Source: Callorhinchus milii
Lineage: Eukaryota
Direction: 5' to 3'
Assembly (NCBI RefSeq): GCF_018977255.1
Contig: NW_024704742.1
Coordinates: forward strand, 99,884,001-99,948,000
Length of the DNA: 64,000 nt
Positions 11,810-22,646 of the stretch are shown here, one piece after another; the first letter of the stretch is position 1; each line of letters starts with the position of its first letter. The notes below the pieces were generated by a model. The model searched no databases. It was not told where the DNA came from and was given only the letters and a program-made list of their open reading frames with translations. The position numbers and the translations under genes were made by a program.

Positions 11810-12185
11810 CACTCGCCAATGGGAAACTGAGCTTTGCAGATCTGGAAGGCCTCATGTTCAAGTTCTTGGTTGTGGCTGAGCAAACTAATCTCAGGTGAGG
11901 TCAGGGTTTTGCATTTGAAGTCAGTGTTTCTGAGCTGGGGTGATCTTGTAATCCTTGTTGGACAGTGCACATGTCTGGCTATCTACTGAGGACAGGTGGG
12001 AGCTAAGCTGTGATGCCCTCGTGGATGAATGGGTTGTGAACCAATCACTGTCTAAACTCCAACCTGAACAATGGACACTTGGGAGAAGTGCAGCAGATAC
12101 AATCGGACCTGTAATTCAGCATACATCCTGGACTACAGGGGGTTTGGAGCAGAATGGAAAGAGGAAATCAAAAATTGGGAGAACA
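11810..12185 (+). mobile_element. Ancient SINE-like interspersed repeat (third family, unnamed)
   Basis: Motifs actgagc..cagatctggaagg..gttcaag, gctgtgatgccc, cactgtctaaactc and aatggacacttggg recur in decayed form at 13415-13795(-), 32705-32790(+), 34130-34280(-) and 41780-41980(-). Confidence 0.55.
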
Positions 12186-12644
12186 GAGCTGGATAATATT
12201 CTGCTAGTGATGGCATGAAAGAACACAATTACTGCACCTAACACTGACAAGCTTAGCCCGCTTCACACACTGTGTCAATACTCCCTCCCTGGGCCTCAAC
12301 GGTTGGAAGAAGCTAAATCTATATAAAAAAAAGTCCCCTTTTTATGAACTTCCCTAAGAATTTTTGTGATAAAGATCTGGTTAAAACGTTTATGTGAAAA
12401 AAAACTTAGTTTCAGTCAAATCTTACAGCTGTTTGATTTTTTTGCAGACCCACAGGAAAATTGACAGCTAATCTCTGGAGTGGTGTTACTCTAATCTTTG
12501 ACTCAATCAATTTGAAATGACTTCAGTACTGAAACAAAATAGGGTTGTACATCACAAAAAATAAGGTTGGCATAGTCATTTGATTGGGAGTAAAATTGGG
12601 AGTAATTTAAAACATGGCCGGACTAAAGTTTGCTAATGCCTGGG

Positions 12645-12890
12645 TACATAAGAACATAAGCATTGCTAGATAAATGAAGACCAAGGTCCATCCAACTTAT
12701 CTTCCACCACCCTAGCAATCGCTTGCACGTTTCATGTCTCGAACTATACTGTAGACCGAGATAGTAAACAACAACAACAACAACAAGATTACATTTGTAT
12801 AGCGCCTTTCACGTTGGGAGGACATCCCAAGGCACTGAAATCTATTAAAAGAAATCTATCTAATTTGCTTTTGAAAGAACTCGGCTACCC
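12645..12890 (-). mobile_element. CR1 3' end interrupted by an L2 tail (12766-12835, minus)
   Basis: acataagaacataag terminal repeat and ccaaggtccatcca match the CR1 end at 29240; aacaacaagattacatttgtatagcgcctttcacgttgggaggacatcccaagg is the L2 tail. Confidence 0.75.
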
Positions 12891-13414
12891 TGGAAGCTGT
12901 TGGTTGATGGAGTCTTGAAATTGGCACTGCCAGGCAAATCTGGAGACTCATTACCATGCGACATATCCTTCACCCATAGTGCCTATAGGTCTGGAAGCTG
13001 TCTGTTCTCAGTATTTCTTCATGTCTGCTATGTCGTCGCTGCCGACAACATGTATGTTTATGATGAGGATGTTGTGTAGATTTGCAGTTTGTCTAAATCG
13101 ACAAAAGCTGACCCACTAGCTGAAAAAAACAGAGATGTGAGGCCATTTCTGCATGTTTTAAGACACTGCGGTACTCTTGAAAACAAAGAAACGAGAAGCT
13201 TTGCAGTATTTGTTGATTTGTTGCAGTATCTCAGATTAGCATAAATATGTCTCAGTGGAGGAGCTCTGCTTCATCTGCAAGGTAATGGCAACTCTTCTTT
13301 GCCATTAATTATTTCTGTCCAGGTGTAAGATTCACTAGACATTAGTGTTATTCATTGCAAGAAGTCAGCAAAATAATTCTAAACTAATGTTTTACATTAT
13401 TAACAGCATAAATA

Positions 13415-13795
13415 AAAAAACGTCTTCCTCCATCCCAATTTTCTCACTTGCTCTCCCCTTGTCTCCTGAAAACAATGATCTATACTCGACACCATTTGTA
13501 TGTTGAATGTTGACAAGTTATTTCACGCTAGCATCTGATGCTTTCCTTGTGTTTCTTCATGAATTCCTCGTGTAATTACATGAATTTCTCATGTAAGACA
13601 CAAACATAGTCACTTCCAGCACTTAGAAGTGTGAATGGTGACTTACGTTTCCCTGGATTAGAGCCACTGAGTGCAATTGCACTATCCCGACCACCATCCT
13701 GACTAATGCGTCACAACCCAGGAGCCTGAAATGACACTCTCTTGATCTATATGGCTGAGCACCACATCACTCAGAGTATTTAGCCATCGACCCTT
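13415..13795 (-). mobile_element. Ancient SINE-like repeat (same family as 11810-12185)
   Basis: cccaattttctc at its 3' end and tatggctgagcaccacatcactcagagtatttagcca at its 5' end are antisense to the family motifs. Confidence 0.5.
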
Positions 13796-13819
13796 GAGAA
13801 CATCTCTCTTGTTAAGGTT

Positions 13820-14075
13820 TTTTTTCCAGCCCACCATGTGCACTCAGCCACAAACCATTCTATGTCACTTTGCAGGTATGTAAAAACATTGTTTGCGTCC
13901 TGTTCATCTACATCCTTTGGAATATTGCATGTTTTAGTTAGATCTCCTCTGAACCTTCTTTACTCCAATGTAAACAAACCTCCCCAGCCTCTCTTCATAG
14001 TTCAAACACCTATTCCTAGGTTTGATCCACATTGTCACATACATAACCTGTTCATTAGCAATAATTTGCACTGAA
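13820..14075 (-). mobile_element. CR1 ORF2 C-terminal fragment
   Basis: Antisense of LNYEERLGRFVYIGVKKVQRRSN-like CR1 C-terminus (agatctcctctgaaccttctttactccaatg..cccagcctctcttcatagttc). Confidence 0.65.
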
Positions 14076-14161
14076 TGTTTTCGCAGAAGGTAATTAGGTC
14101 AGGACACAGGTGGATGATGGTTCATTACCAGGCCTCTGGGCCACTCAAACCAGAGAGAAGC

Positions 14162-15490
14162 CAATCGGGTTTCTGTGCAGCCCACAGCTCTGGTCAAGGT
14201 CACAAATGACATCCTGACCATGTGTGACCAGGGCTTCCTCTGCCTCCTCGTCCTCCTCGACCTCTCTACCGCCTTTGCTACTGTGGACCATTCAATCCTC
14301 CTCCACCGCCTCTCCTTCCACCTCAACCTTCAAGGTTCTGTCCTTGACTGGTTCAGGTCCTACCTTTCATACCGCCTCCACTTCGTCTCTGCAAATGGCT
14401 TCTCCTCCAGCCCCCGCACCGTCTCGTGCGGCGTTGCTCAGAGCTCTGTCCTCGGTCCCCTCCTCTTCACCCTCTACATGCTCCCCCTTGGTGACATCAT
14501 CCACAGACATGGGGGAAATTTCCGCATGTATGTGGATGACACCCAACTCTATTTCTCTGCCTCCACCCTCAACTCCAGGACGACTGGCGTCCTGACTGAC
14601 TGCCTGTCCGACATCAAGTCCTGCCAACTTTCTCCAACTGAACGTCAACAAGACCGAGGTTCTCCTGATTGGCTCGCACCAGTGCCTCCACACCTTGGGC
14701 GCTGGCAGCATCAGCATCCACGGTTGCACACTAAACCTCACTAAGCCAGTCTGGAACCTGGGTGTCTTGTTCTTTCTCCCCCACATCCGCATCATGACTG
14801 GCATTGCCTACCACCACCTCCGCAACATTGCCAGACTCCGCAACAGCCTCACCCCTCAGGCTGCTGAAACCCTCACCCACGCATTCGTCACATCAAGGCT
14901 CGATTATGGAAACTCCCTCCTCATCGGCCTTCCCAACTCTTCCCTTCACAAGCTGCAGATCATCCAAAACTCTGCAGCTCGTGTACTCTGCGCACCAAGC
15001 TCCATGACCCCATCACTCCCACCCTCGCCGACTCCACTGGCTCCCCATCCCCAGAGGATTGAATTCAAGATCCTCGTCCTCACTTTCAAGGCCATCCATG
15101 GCCTTGCCCCCTCCTACCTCTCTGACCTGCTGACTCCCTACCAACCAGCCCACTCCCTCCGTTCAGCGGGCTCCGGCCTGCTCCATGTCTCTGCCCGACC
15201 CGCCCCACCATCAGTGGCCGGGCTTTCAGCCTCTCTGCCACCACACTCTGGAATTCCATTCCACAGTCCCTTCACCTCGCTTCCTCCCTTGCCTCCTTGA
15301 AGGCTGGTCTCAAGACCCTCCTCTTCGATCGTGCCTTCAATCACCCCCCCAACTCTTTGCCTTCCCTCACCCCTACCCCACCCCTCCCCCATGCTCGGGT
15401 CCTGACCGCTGTCTATCCAGCACCTTGGGACGTCCTCCCGACGTGAAAGGCACTCTATGAATATAATTTTGTTGTTGTTGTTGTTATTGT
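14162..15490 (+). mobile_element. 5'-truncated L2 LINE (RT core to 3' tail), frameshifted
   Basis: ORFs 14175-14744 (LLDLSTAFATVDH, GVAQSSVLGPLLF, YVDDTQL) and 14695-15300 (AFVTSRLDYGNSLL, IQNSAAR); stem-loop and (TTG)n end. Confidence 0.95.
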
Positions 15491-17257
15491 CAAGCTGTCT
15501 GCTTTTGCTAAACCATGTCTCGATTGGTTGCATTATACAATCTGGGACAACCAGAACTCAAAAATGTGACTTAATGGCTGAAATGTTCTATTTTAACGAT
15601 ATGGCCCTAATAATTTACCTTGTTCTACAAGTACATTTATAATCCCTACGCATAATCCTTAAAAGGAATTGCAGCCTCGTGGTTCATATATAGAACTTAT
15701 TATCAATGTCTGATCACCATAGAAATAGCATGAGATGCTCTCCTCAAACTGGATTCCCGCTGCCTCTGTTATGCGATGGTGGATCTCATAAATGCACAAT
15801 GCTGTGTGCTGTGAGCAGGTTTTCACTGTGAAATTCATATAAATGTCCAACCGTAACTGGTTCATGGAATGAGCATCTTAAGGGACTGAGGTTAAGGTCA
15901 CCTTTGCCTCCCCAGCATGGCACAAGCAGCATGTGGAGAATATAAGCTATCATTCACACACTGCATTGTTAGATTTGCACCTCAGACATCAATGTCAGCA
16001 CATCTGTGCAGCACCACAATGGCAGTATAATCTGACTTCATGCGCACTTCTTTATTCTTTTAGCCAACTTTTCAATAACACTCAAATGACGAACACTCAA
16101 GTGAAACGCAGATAGGCAGAAGAAATATTGAAATAAAACAAATGATACATCTGGCACAACAAATAAATGATCGCTGTGAAAAGAGAGGCCATTTGCAGCA
16201 AATTGATTTTGCTTCTCCCACCGGTAAAGAGGAGAATTTAAAATAAATTAGAGGATGCAATGGAAATAGTATAAAGTCATTGCACAAATCAGAGAATGAG
16301 GGATGGTAGATCAAATCTTTCATTGTTACCTCCTACAGGTGATGTTTGTTTATCTCTTTTTGATAAATCTGTGTCTGAAAAATGGATTTCAAGACAAATC
16401 AAAATAAATACATTCATGAATGAGAGCAAACAGCTGATAGCAAAAATGGTACGTACTGTATAACAAAAAAATCAAAATACATCCTTATAAATTAGAGAAT
16501 AATTTAGAACAGAGTTCAAGTTAATTCTCTGCCATTTTCCGAATAAAATTCTGCACTTAAAATGAAATATACAATACCTACCTCGTTGATAAAAATTGAA
16601 CAGACTTGGGTTTCTGCTAATGCCTATGATTTACAGAAACAGATGGTTATGACAAAGACGTTAAAATATGCAGGATGGCAGCCAGCAATAATTTATTGGC
16701 ATTGCACATACCATCCTTAGTTCTCTCCTCACGTCAGTAATACGCATTAACCCAATTTGTAATCTCGTCCTAAACTGAGCAGTCAGAGCCCTTCTGCATT
16801 TCCCAAGGCTGAGGTTTGGGTTCCAGGTAGGGGGACCAGTACCAGTACTGTACTGAACCAGTAATTGCTCATTTTACAGAGTGCTTGTGAATGAACCTTG
16901 AAAGAAACCATGTGCAATTATCTGCAGAAAGCGGAGGAGGTTGAGAGCTGGAGAGCGCAAAAGATTGTCAGCTCTTATGATCCATTAACATCACTAGACT
17001 CAGGGCTGTCAGTGACAATACAAATACCAAGGATAACTTAGTTTATATATTATTCAGTATTGGATTTTAAAAAGGCCAAAATTGAGATGTTCAAGAGCTC
17101 TACGCCAAGGTCCTGCGGTCATTATTCAGCTTTAGATTCAGATATGGACCCACAAAGGGAGGGTTGAATGAACCAGCAAAATGGGGGCTGGAGTCTGATG
17201 TGATAATTATCACTATTGGCAATTATCACATTGTACACAGTATTTTTCACTTCTATG

Positions 17258-17499
17258 TGAGATAAAATTTCACCTGGGTCTACATTTATTCTATTAATGT
17301 AGTATTTCAGAGTGTGCAGAATTTGGCAAATTGTTGAATTCAGTTTTCACTTTGAAACCTGTTTTCTGCAGTTCTTAAAAGAACTTAGAGAAAACCGGCT
17401 TCAAGATTAGAGACTCTATTTAATAATTTGACAAATCCTGGATGTTCTGAAATGCTATGTTAATAGAGTAAATCCAGACCCAGGTGGAATTTCTACTCA
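17258..17499. mobile_element. Palindromic ~240-bp MITE-like element (best-preserved copy)
   Basis: Left arm aaatttcacctgggtctacatttattctattaatgtagtatttcaga.. pairs with right arm ..tctgaaatgctatgttaatagagtaaatccagacccaggtggaattt; centre agttctt-aa-aagaact. Confidence 0.75.
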
Positions 17500-19303
17500 A
17501 TGGTTCATATTCAAAATTTAAATTAGTATGAATATATTTATTCAGATATGTCTCGGTTCCTTGTGAGTGATGCAGTATGATTTTGGGTTATTTTAAAGTA
17601 CTGTACTTTATATGTATTGTGGACTAATTGGCAATATTCCCTTTATTTTTCAATAAGCCATCCATAACTTAATATTCAAAAATAATGTAACGAATCCAGT
17701 ATGTGAATTTCACCAAATAAACCTTAACATTTGAGAAACACAATCCTAGCTGAACATTTTCAATTTAACCTATTACTCAAGAAATGTTTTTGTTTCAGAC
17801 ATTCTTGGATTTCTGTATTTTCCTGTAGATCAGATATTTTCTGTGCAGAAATTTCCCAGATGCCCTTTTAAGACACCCTTGCCTAATTAGGTTAAATCCA
17901 GTAACATTTTCCACACAGAAAAATATTACATTTTTAATGATATTGATTGTATTTGCAGCAGCTATTGCATCACAGGAAGCTGTTAGGTGATGATCAGTTA
18001 ATCTGGAGGATTATTGACAATCACACAGAGAAGCTCTTTTCTATTTACAAATATTATCAGTAGATCCACCTAAACATGACTGTGGATTTTAATGTCCCAT
18101 CCAAAGCATGGTATATCTGACACTGTGTCAGCCTAGACTATGAGCTCAAGTTTCATCATGAGACCCATGACTTTTTGACCGAGAGGCGAGAGAGCTACCA
18201 ATTGAGACAGCCTTACACATATTTCTGCCTCAATATTTCTTTATTCCTCCAAGGGATGAATAGTGGGACAGAGTTTTACTCTGCTATCTTTGGCGATCAG
18301 GGAATATGTATGCATAAATCCTTCATGAGATGGAATAGGTGAGGCAGAATGTATGACAGAGTACATTGAAAACGTGCTGATGGGGCAAATGGCAATGTAA
18401 AAACTGTCCTACTGTTACATGTTGCTTTAATGACTTATTTGGCAATTGGACATTGACAATGAGAAGCAAGCAAGTATAAAGGATTCTGGAAAGTGACTGG
18501 GCAGATTGTAGAAGAGAGTGGATGTATAAAGTTTAAATAAATGAACTAGTGAATCTAAACTGTGTTTTGGATTTACAAACATTATATTACATTACAACGA
18601 AAAGAGACAAAGTGTGTTTCTTTCAGAAAACATCATTCACTCATGAGAACAACTTCCAGTAAAAGCTGAGTTCTTGTGAGCTACAGTGATGGAAGTGGTG
18701 TTCACTGGAGGAAATTCCTTGTCTATGGGATGTAGAAGGAGTGGGAGTGATAAACCTTTAATTTTCATCCTCAGAAAGGAGCTTATAATGGTATGAAAAA
18801 TGACAAGTCCAATAAATTAGAGTGTGATTTTTAGATTATGGACACCCACTTTAACCCTTCAGTGTTCAGTCATGCTCCAATAACCTCTGTAAATTCACTC
18901 ACAAACTACAAGCAATCACACCATTTTACTGTGAAGCGCTTCGAGACATCTTGACAAGGTGATCAGGCGCTATATCAAATGCAAGGTTTATCATATTATT
19001 ATTATCATTATCATTATTATTATTATATGTTATTGCAACCACAGTTTCTGAATTTCTCCTCAAATTATAACCACATATAATGGTTAAATACTACCTTGAG
19101 GTCATATTTTGAAAATAAATAATCTTCCAAATACCAAACGTACAGGGTAAAAATTGAGACTTTTTAAGCATCACCTTGGTAATTAATACAGACATTAATT
19201 AAAGAACTAGCACCAGTGTTTTAGTGTTTTCATTAAATGGCTAATCGGTGATAGCACACCCTTCACTGCTCCTCAGGTGCAATGCCTGCCATGTTTATGC
19301 TAT

Positions 19304-19640
19304 ATTCTGTAGTGCATTGGTTAGAGCACTCGCCTTGCAAATGAGAGGACCCAGGTTTGATTCCCGGATACAGTGAAACTTTAAACAATTTTCCTCACTC
19401 CACACGCCCCTCTGATTACCTATCAGTAAATAGAAATCTGGTTGTTAGAACTGGCGAAGTTCTGACGAAGGGTCACGGATCCGAAACGTTGACTCACTTT
19501 TCTTTCTCCATAGATGCTGCCTGACCTGCTGAGTGTTCCCAGCGACTTCTATTTTTGTTTCACTTTACAGTATATTCTGTGAATCGATTTGAGATGATGT
19601 GATAAGGTGCTGTATCAAATGGAAGGATTATCATTTATTT
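19304..19640 (+). mobile_element. tRNA-derived SINE whose central part is replaced by a Penelope-type terminal fragment (~19450-19562)
   Basis: SINE head to ..ctggttgttag, then ttctgacgaagggtcacggatccgaaacgttgactc..catagatgctgcctgacctgctgagt..tttttgtt, then SINE resumes at ttcactttacagtatattctgtg. Confidence 0.8.
19458..19494 (+). ncRNA. Minimal type I hammerhead ribozyme motif (Penelope-like-element type)
   Basis: Core CTGACGA 19462-19468, one extra A, stem II GGGTC/GATCC with ACG loop, GAAA 19483-19486, palindromic AACGTT in place of stem III, putative GUU cleavage triplet ending 19490, stem I AGTT/GACT. Confidence 0.65.
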
Positions 19641-20382
19641 TTAATTTTGAGTGAGGTAAATTTGTATTCGTAAATTGTACCCCCTAGAGCAGCTTCTAAC
19701 ATTTTGTTTTAACACTGTTTTTAGGGTTGATTTGTTGAAGAGGAGCAAATTAGTCCCAGGCCCCCAAAAAACTTGTTCCTTTTTTTAAACATTTTTACCA
19801 ATTGCCAGGCTTTGACCAAAGGCCTGAGAGGCCAGTCTGTAACAAGGCAGTCATAATACCATAAGAGTCTTGTCTTGCTGACTCCCTGCTCACACGCTAT
19901 TTATCCAGTTTACACCATTCGTCTGTGCAATACTTAGAAAAATAAACACATTTATGACTGTTTAGTTGCTCAATAACCCAATATGACCTGAGGTTACCTA
20001 AACACGTCTGTCGGGTGAAGAATAATTACTTGCAAGTAATCTCCTGAGTAAACTAACAAGCACATTTTTCCTTCGAAAAATAGTCACTACACTTAACAGG
20101 AATTACTGTAACGTGCTTTGAGACAGCTCAATGTGATCAGGAGCTATAAAAATGCAACTTGTTTCTTTTTCATGGATGTTATTAATCATACTTTATGTTT
20201 TCTCAAGGCTCTTTCATATTGTCTGGGTCTGTGAGCGATAAGAACAAAGGGTAGCTGCCAGTCTGAAACACTGGAAACTCATATCACAGAGCAAGCTTTT
20301 CAGCATGCCTGCAGCTAATTGGGAAATCTACAAACTTCAGGGCTCCTGTGGGTAGACAGTTATTCCATTTTATCTTATGGTT

Positions 20383-20753
20383 GGTGTCATCTTAGCTCAG
20401 TTGGTAATATTCTCGCCTCTGAGTCAGAAGATTATGTGTTCAAGCTCCACAATCTAGGCTGAGGTGTCGTCCTTTGGATGAAACATTAAACTAAGGTCCC
20501 AATTATCTGTTCAAGTCCCATGGCACTTGTTGAAAGGAGAAGGGAGTTTCTCTTGCTATCTGGCCAACAATCCCCCAATGAAATTAGTCATTCAATTCAT
20601 GGCTGTTTGTGGGTCATCAATGTGTGCAGGCTGGCTGCCATGTTGGCTTACTGGATGCACAGTCACCACACTTCACAATGCTCTGGCACTGTCAAGCTCT
20701 GCCATTGTAAAGCACTCCGAGATTCTACCCGGGATGAAGGGCTCTTTATAAAT
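20383..20753 (+). mobile_element. Older SacSINE1-like DeuSINE
   Basis: tagctcagttggtaatattctcgcctctgagtcagaagattatgtgttcaagctccac head; ggatgaaacattaaactaaggtccc, cccatggcact and ggctgtttgtggg..ggctgccatgtt Deu-domain motifs. Confidence 0.8.
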
Positions 20754-21066
20754 GGAGTCCTGTAGCTCAGTGTTTAGAATACTCGCTTTGCAAGCGAGAG
20801 ACTGGGTTCGATTCCAGCCAGGATGAAACTTTGGGCAAGTTTCCTTACTCCACACGCCTGATAATAATCCTTCAAGAAAAAAACAATAATAAATTGGTCA
20901 CTTCAATCCACGACTGTTTGCAGGACACTGCTGTGCGCAATTGGCTGCCGCATTTCGCCACAAATATACAGTCAATTCACTTTACAGTCTATTCTGTGAA
21001 GTGCTTTGCAATGTCTAGAAGACGTGAAAAGCGCTATATCAAACGCAAGGATTAATATTATTATTA
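20754..21066 (+). mobile_element. Young tRNA SINE, short (internal-deletion) subfamily, inserted into the tail of the preceding element
   Basis: Junction cacacgcct|gataataatcc lacks ~66 bp present in the 45491 copy; the host tail resumes as caagtagttgttgttg at 21071. Confidence 0.9.
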
Positions 21067-22646
21067 GATCCAAGTAGTTGTTGTTGAACCTTACGAAGCA
21101 TTTTGAGACATCCTCCCGATATGAAAGATGCTATGTCAAATGCAAGAATTATTAAAGATTATTATTTATTACTAGAATTGAAGTGCAGCAAAGAGCCATT
21201 CAGACCTTGATTATTAAATTAGCATTTAGGAAAAAAACATTTTTGTAAAGCAATCCTACTTTCCTGTTTCAGCTTTCTCTCAGTTACACTTTGTGACCAA
21301 AACAATCTCATTGGTTTACATATTTGCCTTAACTTTTAGATCCAATAATCAGTAAAACAATGACCTCCATAAAGGACACTGATACCCAGTTCATAGAACC
21401 ATATAAATTTACAGCACAGAAGAAGGCTATTCTGCCCATTGTGTCCATGCTGAAACTTTTAAGAGCTATCCTTTCAGTTCTATTTACCTGCCCTTTCGTC
21501 AAAGTAGCTTACCCTTTTTTAGGTATTTAGGTTCCTGACACCAGCTGGAAGATGTGGGTCCAGGAGCAGCGTAGTTTAAACCCACCACAGTATAAATGCT
21601 TGGGAATGGCATTGAGCTTGCTCCCCCATGATCTATTGAAAGCTTTCAATCAGCCATTGAACACCTCAGGAAGACTGTCTATTGAAGAGTTAATCATGCA
21701 GATAACCATCATTTGGGAGGTTTTACAGTACTGATATGATGCAATGTGGATTAAGATGTATAAATTTGTCTTTCAACTCCAATATTATTTTTATAGCAGC
21801 TATACGATTGGAAGTTTGAATATTCTAAAAGCCTAAAATGGTTATTATTCACTTGTGAAGTTCTGATTTGGGGATCATTTGAAATGCACTTATCAGCCAT
21901 GCTTCTGTAGATCTATATTCCTAGTTCTTATAGTGTTCTTATACAGCTCTGCTTATGTGTAATAAACCAGGCGGGAGAAAAGGGTTAAGTGATAAGAATG
22001 AAGTATGTTTGCCCTTGCTAAGGATTTCTATGAGGCACTCTTCCATGACACTTATTTATTAGGCCACAGTGTTTAGTGTTGTTTTGCCACTTCATTTGTA
22101 ACTGCAGCACATAATGTATGCTCAGAAACAAGAACATTGGAGATCAAACCCTACCTTTCCGTCTTCTTTGAAAAACATCTAAGAAAAAGTAATATCTATA
22201 TTTCATTTGCTCGGTGCTTTTAAAGCCAAAATATTTACTTACTTTCATTCACTATTGTAAAGAAAACACAGCTATTCTCTTTCAATGGATCTTACAGCAC
22301 AGACTGAGCTATATGACAATTTGTCAGAAAATAATATGGTTGGAGCAGAGATAGACTCATGACTTGCTAAGCCAATGCCCCAGTAATCAAATACACTTTA
22401 TGATGCTATCATGTTCTGTGTAATCTGGATTTATCAGCACAATAACCATATTTGTCCAACAGAAACACTTAGGCCACATCTCTCCATAATATCAGTTCAT
22501 GACCAAGAAAATATTTGCACAAGAAAATGGATTATCCGCTAAACGCCTGATATTAAGGGAGCTTTTAAAACAAATAAGGAAAGGTAAATATAAAACACAG
22601 AAATAAAATACAAAAATAAAAATAATAAGAAGCTCATAATTTTAAA

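Noticed and set aside
17810..17930. Short inverted pair atattttctgtg../..cacagaaaaatat
   Set aside because: Only ~20-30 bp of AT-rich imperfect pairing; cannot be separated from chance or a decayed MITE.
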